Origin: Pseudomonadota bacterium
Lineage (GTDB): Bacteria > Pseudomonadota > Gammaproteobacteria > Ga0077536
DNA length: 53,411 bases
Direction: 5' to 3'
NCBI GenBank assembly: GCA_039030125.1
Contig: JBCCEV010000002.1
Coordinates: 1 to 53,411 of the forward strand
Position numbers and translations under genes: made by a program. Below, in pieces: positions 46,533 to 53,411 of the stretch. The notes below the pieces were generated by a model, which made no database searches, was not told where the DNA came from, and saw only the letters and a program-made list of their open reading frames with translations. Every line of letters starts with the position of its first letter. Positions within the stretch are counted from its first letter, which is position 1.

Positions 46533-47877
46533 CGGTCGGTTCATCTCCCGCGTCTGTGTCAGTCTGCCCCTGTTGAATGAGGTCGTCAAACGACAAATTT
46601 ACTTCAGTTAAATCCGCTTGTTCCGCGATCCAATTCACAGCCTGCTCTTCCAAGCAAACTGCCTCTATCTGCTGTAGCTGTTGAGGCTGCTGATAATACC
46701 AATTGACCACCTGTTCTGAATCTTCATAGCCTTCAGCCAAGGATTCGATTTTCGCCCGGACCTGCTCCGGATCGGGTTTTAACTCACTCTTTTGCATGAT
46801 TTCGGCCATTAGGAGCCCGAGCTTTACCCGTTGTTCGGCCTGTCCGCGCACCAGATCCGGGTCAAAAGCCGGTGCCTGAGACGGGTCCAATCCCCGCATC
46901 TGCAGCTCTTGGAGCGCCTGCTGTTGCACACGCTCCTGCTCGGCGGTGACCATGGAATCGGGCAAATCCACTTCGTTGGCGGCAACCAGCGCGTCGAGCA
47001 CACTCGCTTTGAACCGCTGCGAGACCGTCGTATCGCGCTCGCGTTCAACATTGTTGCGTACTTCATCGCGGAAAGCCTCGAGACCGCCCTCCTGAACACC
47101 AAATTTTTCAAACAGGGCCTCGTCAATCTCTGGCAGCTTCGGCTCCGCCACCGAATTCACCTTAATCTTGAACAGCGCCGGTTTGCCGGCCAAAGCCTCA
47201 TTTCTGTACCCTTCAGGAAAATTCAGGTTCAGCTCCAACTCGGCGCCCGCTGTGGCGCCCATGAGTCCGTCTTCGAAGCCATCAATCATCGTGCTCTCGC
47301 CGAGCGTCAGCTTGAAACCCTCCGCTTGATTGCCTTCGAACGGCTCGCCTTCGACGAAACCTTCAAAATCGATATCCACTTGGTCGCTGGCGGCCGCGGC
47401 CCGTTCAACGTCGAGATAGTCGATATTTTGCTCGCGCAGCTTCTCGATCATCTGGTCGATGTCCTGCTCGGAGATCTCGCACGTCGCTTTCTCAACCTTT
47501 AGCTCGGCGAGCGGTTTGAGCTCAATTTCCGGAAATACTTCGAACTGTGCGGTGTATTCGAGACCGCCGCCGGGGTCGGCTTTGACAGAGTCGATCACCG
47601 GCTGATCGGCTGGCCGTAACGATTCGTCGGTAATGGCATCGGTTAGGGATTTTTGCAGGACCTCGCCCACCACCTCTTCTCGCAGCCTTGGGCCAAACCG
47701 CCGCTCGATTACCTTCAAGGGCGCTTTGCCCTGGCGAAAACCGTCAATGCGCGCGGTTTTCGCGAGTTTAGCCACCCGGGTTTTCACCTCGTCAGCGATT
47801 TGGGCTTCGGGAACCTCAACCTTCAGCAGGCGTTTCAGCTTGCTCGGCTGTTCAATTGAAACTTGGATTTCGGACAT
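46522..47877 (-). CDS. tig: trigger factor
   Basis: 451 aa. The N-terminal [23 protein letters not shown]...[17 protein letters not shown] is the ribosome-binding signature region. Acidic C-terminal tail. Confidence 0.9.
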   Translation of the reverse strand: MSEIQVSIEQPSKLKRLLKVEVPEAQIADEVKTRVAKLAKTARIDGFRQGKAPLKVIERRFGPRLREEVVGEVLQKSLTDAITDESLRPADQPVIDSVKADPGGGLEYTAQFEVFPEIELKPLAELKVEKATCEISEQDIDQMIEKLREQNIDYLDVERAAAASDQVDIDFEGFVEGEPFEGNQAEGFKLTLGESTMIDGFEDGLMGATAGAELELNLNFPEGYRNEALAGKPALFKIKVNSVAEPKLPEIDEALFEKFGVQEGGLEAFRDEVRNNVERERDTTVSQRFKASVLDALVAANEVDLPDSMVTAEQERVQQQALQELQMRGLDPSQAPAFDPDLVRGQAEQRVKLGLLMAEIMQKSELKPDPEQVRAKIESLAEGYEDSEQVVNWYYQQPQQLQQIEAVCLEEQAVNWIAEQADLTEVNLSFDDLIQQGQTDTDAGDEPTDGE

Positions 47878-47926
47878 TTATTTTTCCGCCGCCGCCATCA
47901 CGCAGCGCAACATTTCAGATTATCTT

Positions 47927-48011
<85 letters not shown>

Positions 48012-48207
48012 TCAACTTGTTATTGGGTTGCTCGCTATCAATCAGGAGCGCCCGCTAGCGTTTCCGCCAGGTCCCGACGTCGGGAAAACCCTGGTGAGAC
48101 CTACAAATTTTGTGACTGGGTGCCGATAACAGCTGACGAGCGGGTCTATTATATGGCGTATCGGTGTTGATGATAGTCCCATGCGACTAAGCGATCTCAC
48201 ACTTGCG

Positions 48208-48216
48208 TGCTATAAT
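48208..48216 (+). promoter_or_regulatory. extended -10 promoter element (TGcTATAAT) for the glutaredoxin-like gene
   Basis: tgc-tataat lies 50 nt upstream of the ATG at 48266, which has a strong aaaggaga SD. I found no good -35. Confidence 0.4.
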
Positions 48217-48265
48217 TTCCAGACTTTCTAGGCATTTATAAGCGAAATTAAAAGGAGATCCTAAT

Positions 48266-48748
48266 ATGCCTACAAAAATTCTATTAGGGGCAATTTTGAC
48301 CCTCCTCTGTCTCGCCAACAGTGAAGCGGCTGTCACGGTCGTCGAATGCATGGATTCCGATGCCAACAAATCGTTTAACGATCGTTGTGCGCCGGAAGAG
48401 ACTCAGACCGATGAGGTCACGATCGCCGGCGTTGATGCCGCGCCAAAAACGCTTGAGGAAATCATTGCCAAGTTTCCCGTTGTGCTCTATTCCGCTTCCA
48501 TTTGCGATGCCTGTGACCTCGTTCGTTCGCAGCTCGTGAAGCGCCAGATCCCATTCGCCGAAAAGAATGTCGAACAAGACCCTGACGCGGCCGAGGGTTT
48601 GGTCAACGCACAAGGGCAAGTAAGTGTTCCCATACTCAACGTTGGCGAAGACCGAATCGACGGTTTTGATCGCGATGCCATCCATAACTTGCTTAATCGC
48701 GTTGGGTACCCGCAAGCGGTCGAGACCTCGGACGCCAACGCATACTAG
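48266..48748 (+). CDS. secreted glutaredoxin-fold protein
   Basis: 160 aa. Signal MPTKILLGAILTLLCLANSEA/A. C-terminal glutaredoxin-like PVVLYSASICDACDLV...VPILNVGEDRIDGFD. Confidence 0.7.
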   Translation: MPTKILLGAILTLLCLANSEAAVTVVECMDSDANKSFNDRCAPEETQTDEVTIAGVDAAPKTLEEIIAKFPVVLYSASICDACDLVRSQLVKRQIPFAEKNVEQDPDAAEGLVNAQGQVSVPILNVGEDRIDGFDRDAIHNLLNRVGYPQAVETSDANAY

Positions 48749-48771
48749 ACCCTGCACGATCAACCGTTCGT

Positions 48772-49188
48772 TTGTTTGACTCCGGCCTTAGCGCGGAAGA
48801 AGCGTTTTACCGCGCGTTTTCCGAGCGCGATATCGAAGCGATGGGCATGCTTTGGTCGCGCGATGATGTTTGCTGCGTGCACCCCGGCGGTCCGCGCATT
48901 CTCGATTATCAAGCCGTGTTGGAAAGTTGGCGCCAGATCTTCTCCGGCAATCCGCCGGTGCTATTTAGAACCCAACATCGACACTGCATCACCGATGCGC
49001 GTCTAACGGTTCATTTGCTGGAAGAAATTATTTGCACGCCGGAAGGTAGACAGATCGCACCGCCCGTGATTGCAACCAATGGCTATCGTTTGGAAGCCGA
49101 CGGCTGGCGTATGTTCTTACATCACGCCAGTGTTCCAGCATCGCTACTCGTCGAGCCCCCGTCACCGGCAACGGGCGCGGTGCATTAA
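48772..49188 (+). CDS. SnoaL_3/DUF4440-like NTF2-fold protein
   Basis: 138 aa, TTG start. EEAFYRAFSERDIEAMGMLWSRDDVCCVHPGG...WRMFLHHAS is typical of the family. Confidence 0.65.
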   Translation: MFDSGLSAEEAFYRAFSERDIEAMGMLWSRDDVCCVHPGGPRILDYQAVLESWRQIFSGNPPVLFRTQHRHCITDARLTVHLLEEIICTPEGRQIAPPVIATNGYRLEADGWRMFLHHASVPASLLVEPPSPATGAVH

Positions 49189-49191
49189 CCC

Positions 49192-50256
49192 TCACTCAGC
49201 CGCCGCGACTAACTCATAAACGACGACCGGCTCATTGAAACCGCGGACTCCAGCCTGATAGGGCGCGGTGAATCGAAAGCGCGGAACATTAGCGACCGCG
49301 TCGACGACATCACGAGACACAACTGCCGACATTGGCTCGGCAAGACCACACAAGCGGGCGGCAAGATTCACGGCTTCCCCGATCGCGGAATAATCGAGCT
49401 GGTTGGACGAACCGATGTTGCCCACCAACACCGCACCGGTATGTATCCCGATCCCGATTTTGAGATAGTCGCGCTCGCCACGCACGGCCGCCGCTTCGGT
49501 GCTGCTCAAAATATCCAATGCGCAGGTTGCAGCGTTGGTTACTTGGTCCCCACCTTCGAAGATCGCCATGATGCCGTCGCCAGCAAACTTGTCGATATAA
49601 CCGCCGTGAGCGTAAACGCTATCAACTTGCATGCCTAAGTGCTCGCTTAACGCCTCAAAAAGTTCGGCGGGTTCGATCACCTGGCTCAGTTGGGTAAACC
49701 CGCGAATGTCGGAAAACAAGATACAAACCTGCTCTTCACTAGGCGCGGGTAGACGTCCATCTTCGGCGAACGCCTCCACCATTTTTTGCGTCTTGACCGA
49801 AACGTACCGATTCAGGCTATTTCTGATCCGGTGCAGCTCTTTTAAATAGACTGTTTTTTGCAACAACCCGTTGAGACGCGCGCGAAGGGCGATCGGATTA
49901 ACGGGTTTCGCAATGAAATCATCCACGCCCGCATCAAATGCGGCGCTCAAATTATCGTCGTCGTCGGCCGCTGTGATGCAGATGACGGGCGCGAAGCGGT
50001 GTTGCTCGGACGCCCTCAAATGCCGACAGATTTCCACGCCCGACAGGTCGGGCATCTGCAGGTCCAGCAAGAACGCGCCAACTTCACGACTTTCCGCAAG
50101 TTGCAGACAGGCACTGCCACAGTCTGTCTGCAGCACCTGATAGCCGTCAGCTTCGAGGATCCGAGTGAGGACGCTGCGAACGGTTCGATCGTCATCGGCA
50201 ACAAGGATCGGGAGTGACGTCCCGTGCCCCAGGAATCGTGGATTAGCTTCGGTCAT
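49192..50256 (-). CDS. response-regulator receiver fused to class III adenylate/guanylate cyclase
   Basis: 354 aa. REC domain ILVADDD...LLDLQMPDLSG...KP. Cyclase domain ILFSDIRGFT ... KFAGDGIMAIF ... IGIHTGAVLVGNIGS. Confidence 0.85.
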   Translation of the reverse strand: MTEANPRFLGHGTSLPILVADDDRTVRSVLTRILEADGYQVLQTDCGSACLQLAESREVGAFLLDLQMPDLSGVEICRHLRASEQHRFAPVICITAADDDDNLSAAFDAGVDDFIAKPVNPIALRARLNGLLQKTVYLKELHRIRNSLNRYVSVKTQKMVEAFAEDGRLPAPSEEQVCILFSDIRGFTQLSQVIEPAELFEALSEHLGMQVDSVYAHGGYIDKFAGDGIMAIFEGGDQVTNAATCALDILSSTEAAAVRGERDYLKIGIGIHTGAVLVGNIGSSNQLDYSAIGEAVNLAARLCGLAEPMSAVVSRDVVDAVANVPRFRFTAPYQAGVRGFNEPVVVYELVAAAE

Positions 50257-50491
50257 CGTGGTGAAAACAAATTAACGAGCGCCGTTGCTCACACGCACCG
50301 CATCTGTACTAATCCAAACGCGGTATTAATTTAGCTTTTGCTTTATTGCCTTCCCTAAATTCGGTGAATTCTATACTAAATTCAGTAGATTGGGATGGGA
50401 AGCTAATGGAAAGTCCAAGATCGACTAGAGACGTCGTCAGGTTAGAACGAAAGGAAATAAAAAAGGTTTAGGGTGGACGGAAAATTTAGAA

Positions 50492-50535
50492 CGCTTCGTC
50501 CAGGCGAAGCGCTGGCGAGCCGCGCGTTGCGCGGC
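50492..50535 (-). terminator. two GC hairpins downstream of the cupin gene
   Basis: gccgcgc-gtt-gcgcggc (50519-50535) and cgcttcg-tccagg-cgaagcg (50492-50511). On the minus strand the latter is followed by ttctaaatttt. Confidence 0.4.
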
Positions 50536-50545
50536 CCGGTGAGGT

Positions 50546-50983
50546 TTACGCCGTCGCGGCGATCTGGGCTTTCTCCGCTTGTGCTGCCAATTGATTCAGC
50601 AACGTCACGTCAAGCACGAAGTCCGGCGCGCCATCGTCGGTGAGAAATTGGATCGGTCCGTTGTTGGTGAAATACAGTTGCGTATCCTCAGGAAAATCCG
50701 TCTGCTCATGCAGCACACCATTGGGCTCGTAACCGTAATCACCTGGATGCGCGGTAACACCGCCGGCCTCTTCGCCGCCCCGAACTTCCATGCGCCCGCT
50801 AAGCACCAGATATTCGCCACCGCCCAGATGACGGTGCGGGCGAAACGACGCGCCTTTGGCGCAGCGAAATAACACAGACCACGTTCCAGTTTCCTCACTG
50901 GTCCGCAGCACCTTGAAATCAATGCCGCCACCAAACTCTAGCCAGGGCATTTTGTTGGTCGCGATGTAAACGTCTTCGAGCAT
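50546..50983 (-). CDS. cupin-fold protein (ChrR-cupin / 2,4'-dihydroxyacetophenone dioxygenase-like)
   Basis: 145 aa. FRPHRHLGGGEYLVLSGRMEV...HPGDYGYEPNGVLHE is a cupin metal-site pattern. Confidence 0.65.
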   Translation of the reverse strand: MLEDVYIATNKMPWLEFGGGIDFKVLRTSEETGTWSVLFRCAKGASFRPHRHLGGGEYLVLSGRMEVRGGEEAGGVTAHPGDYGYEPNGVLHEQTDFPEDTQLYFTNNGPIQFLTDDGAPDFVLDVTLLNQLAAQAEKAQIAATA

Positions 50984-51571
50984 GGAAGAAACCTTTGGTT
51001 CTCGCTTTTTGTTAGCCTAGTTCTTATAGCAGAGAAAGCAACCAGCGCGTACCTACTGAGCGATGATTTTAGGCGGCAATTTAGTCTAAAAAACGCCAGC
51101 CCCTAAACAATGCGCCCATAAAGACAGTAGTGCGTTTACATATCGTGCAAACGACGAGCAATACGCTACCAGCCACCGGATCTCATCGTCTGTGCTTTCT
51201 CGAACGCTACCGCCCCTTAGATCCTCGTAACTTAAGCGGGTCTGCGAGGGCGAGGTAACGGAGCGTCCCAGGCGGGTAGGGCTCGATATTTCGCCGCTGG
51301 GACACTAAAAAAGCGGTGCCGAGTTGGCAACGCAATTAAAAAATCCGTCTGGGCATTGTTCACGCTGATCGATTTACGACGTAGCTTTGTTACGGCCGAC
51401 GCAAATGCATCTTTTCTTACGGATAACAACGGGAGATGAACCGATTTTATCGATGAGAAAAAACCGTCTGGCTTAAGATTGCATTTGTTCGAAGTCGCTA
51501 TAGATTCTCAAAGTAGAACTGAAAATCGCGAATCGAAAGTTCCATTTTGTCCCTTGGGCAATTGCCTGCTT

Positions 51572-52011
51572 TTATGCGTCGAAATTTATTCGGTGAATGA
51601 CTTTGAAACTTCTCCGCGGGTAGACACTTAAAATGGCTCGGCGGTTGGCGGCTAACGAAGTTTCAGTCATCACCGACTCTCCATACTGTGGTTCCTTACT
51701 GAAAAAGCATGATTCCCTCACCTCCAGGATACGCATCCAATCCGAGGGCGCTCGGGATTGCTGCAAAAGCGATTTTGTCTAATGCTCCGTGTTTGGGTTC
51801 TGAGATCGCGCGCTCCCAACCCTGAGATCCTGCCAATGCTCGTGCGGTGAGCATCTCGCTTTGGCACAGGTACTGGAGCAACCCCTGGGGGTGGCCCGGG
51901 ATGAGGTCCGAAGGCCCTCGCCACGTTTACGAGTCCATTTGAGTTAAATGCCAGTAGCACCAATACCGGCAGCGCCACCCGAATAATTTTTCGCTTCCTA
52001 GCCACTTTCAA
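51572..52011 (-). pseudogene. possible twice-frameshifted remnant of a small secreted protein
   Basis: Three overlapping minus-strand ORFs in three different frames tile this span (52011-51718, 51926-51696, 51778-51572). The first opens with a signal-like KVARKRKIIRVALPVLVLLAFNSNGLVNVARA. Homopolymer runs (C4/G5 at 51882-51891, A5 at 51702-51706) lie where the frames switch. No family was recognised. Confidence 0.25.
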
Positions 52012-52322
52012 AGTGACTCGATACCGCGGAATACCTCAAGGACAACTTCTCTCGGGTTTTCTTCGCAAGTCTTGCGGACGTTATTCGATATCTCCGAGAG
52101 TGCCAGAACATCAATGAGGGTGTCCTGCCTCTGACCCAAGACATAGCCATGATGAAATACGAGGATATCGTGTTGATCCTCAATTTCAGCGTCTAAGAAC
52201 TCCTTACAAGTCGTCACACTGATATCGATGATCTGTTCCCCCTTGGTCGTCTCGGCGTCGGCGTAAGACGACGCAGGCCAAAAGTTAAATAACAAAATCA
52301 GGATTGCTAGCTGCCAGATCAT
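52008..52322 (-). CDS. HdeA/HdeB-like periplasmic chaperone-family protein
   Basis: The ATG at 52322 gives the signal MIWQLAILILLFNFWPASSYA/DA. The mature part has TTCKEFL...and ...RKTCEENP, the two-Cys pattern and spacing of HdeA/B. About 104 aa. AT-rich. Confidence 0.5.
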   Translation of the reverse strand: MIWQLAILILLFNFWPASSYADAETTKGEQIIDISVTTCKEFLDAEIEDQHDILVFHHGYVLGQRQDTLIDVLALSEISNNVRKTCEENPREVVLEVFRGIESL

Positions 52323-52462
52323 CCTCGATGACTCAGTGTTCTCACGCCACGAATTTAGACCATGAGACTCGAAAATAATACTTACAAAAAATGCACATCC
52401 TTCGTCGCAAAAATGTGTCAAAGAGGGCTCACGAAATCCCTCGTGGAGCAGTAACCGCTGCG

Positions 52463-53341
52463 CTATGGAAACGTGTAAGTCTCATGAGTGAGAATTTGAA
52501 TTAATTTTTTAACCTTTTCGGTCGCGTGCATCTGCCGGTGTGCCACAAGCGTGAGCGGTACCGACCACTCATCCTTTTTCGGAATGACTTCAATGAGTCC
52601 AGGTAAATTCTTGGTTTTATATGGCGGCATAAAACCGATACCAATGCCCGCGGCTACCGCCGAATGTAAAACCATCGGACTTTCACACGAGAATACAAAG
52701 TTATTTTCCGGAACGCGTTGTCGCAACCAGAATTCGAAAGGCGCTCGTAGTTGTTCTAGTCCGCGGTCGACAAAAACATGTTCGTTAAACTGCTCGATAT
52801 CTTTCGGCAGGCCATTTCTTTCCGCGTATTCAGAGCTTGCAAAAAGCCCAACGGTGTAGTCGAAGAACGGAATAAAAACATTATCCGGTTCTGGCTCTAA
52901 GATTGGCCCAACTCGAACAGCAAGATGAGCTTCGCCAAAATCCAACTTCAAAACTTCCGATGTGACGACATATTCTGTTCTAATATTCGGATTCTGCGAT
53001 TGAAACTCCAGTATTCCGGGGACTAGTAGCGGCGAAACAAACTCTGGAGAGGTAATATGAAGCTCCCCGGAAAGCATATCCCGCAAACCTTGGAGCTTTT
53101 GAGAAAGCAAACCGAAATGTTCGTTTGTAGCCCGCGCGACTCTAATTAGTTCGCGACCTGATTCTGTCGGCGCATACCCACTACTGTTTCTAATAAATAA
53201 CTCTAGTCCGAGTTTTTCTTCCAGCGAATCAATATGCCTGATCACCGTTGCGCGATGGACGCCAAGCGCGTCCGCGGCCGCGGTAATCGTTTTAAGCGCG
53301 CCCACGGTATAGGCGGTCTTAACCTCATCCCAATTATCCAT
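52463..53341 (-). CDS. LysR-family transcriptional regulator
   Basis: The ATG at 53341 gives MDNWDEVKTAYTVGALKTITAAADALGVHRATVIRHIDSLEEKLGLELFIR, the wHTH domain. The C-terminal part is substrate-binding-like. About 292 aa. Confidence 0.85.
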   Translation of the reverse strand: MDNWDEVKTAYTVGALKTITAAADALGVHRATVIRHIDSLEEKLGLELFIRNSSGYAPTESGRELIRVARATNEHFGLLSQKLQGLRDMLSGELHITSPEFVSPLLVPGILEFQSQNPNIRTEYVVTSEVLKLDFGEAHLAVRVGPILEPEPDNVFIPFFDYTVGLFASSEYAERNGLPKDIEQFNEHVFVDRGLEQLRAPFEFWLRQRVPENNFVFSCESPMVLHSAVAAGIGIGFMPPYKTKNLPGLIEVIPKKDEWSVPLTLVAHRQMHATEKVKKLIQILTHETYTFP

Positions 53342-53411
53342 AACAGTCCTGTTTCTGTGTTGCAAAAACGCGCGCAAATGGCTGCAAAAAAGCACATTTA
53401 CAGTGCTATTC

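Noticed and set aside
51338-51580. Possible 120-bp tandem duplication in the AT-rich gap
   Set aside because: Only the first 15-16 nt of the two units match (AAAAAA(T)CCGTCTGG). The remainder does not align convincingly, so it is reported only as a short repeated motif.

Overview
This window is a 53.4-kb chromosomal segment with gammaproteobacterial organisation. Genes are tightly packed, and the hand-sampled GC content is roughly 50-57% over most of the window.

The clearest landmark is the conserved housekeeping block on the minus strand: tRNA-Leu(TAG)-tig-clpP-clpX-lon-hupB-[tRNA-Val, tRNA-Asp]-ppiD. fabI converges on it from the plus strand.

Next to fabI is a seven-gene, almost spacer-free minus-strand operon. 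A YejA/B/E-type peptide ABC importer is interrupted by a FadI/FadJ beta-oxidation pair before its fused YejF-type ATPase. A MATE exporter follows.

The left third (2-16 kb) is a lipid and ketone catabolism neighbourhood:
- a molybdopterin oxidoreductase cut by the window edge
- an MMPL/RND exporter and a type I Baeyer-Villiger monooxygenase
- a DUF427 / DOPA-dioxygenase-like / hydratase trio
- a thiolase, two SDRs, NADAR, a nitroreductase, an M48 lipoprotein peptidase and a family III CoA-transferase

The middle carries rapA plus an accessory-looking stretch (20-27.6 kb):
- a Cys-rich secreted protein with a SnoaL_4 protein, and a GST
- a secreted catalase-fold-like protein with substituted heme-site residues, divergent from a radical SAM/DUF547 pair
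- an orphan MoxR/CoxE-type VWA pair

The right end (about 50.3-53.4 kb) is visibly more AT-rich, about 40-45% in hand-counted samples. It holds about 1 kb with no intact ORF, which may include a twice-frameshifted secreted-protein remnant, followed by an HdeA-like gene and a LysR regulator.

I saw no CRISPR array, transposase, integrase, phage gene or recognised defence gene. I cannot demonstrate a new system from sequence alone. The best candidates are the fadIJ-interrupted ABC operon, the catalase-like/radical SAM/DUF547 module and the AT-rich right end. A short REP/BIME-like hairpin family (core GGGCTCTGACCC) recurs in intergenic regions.
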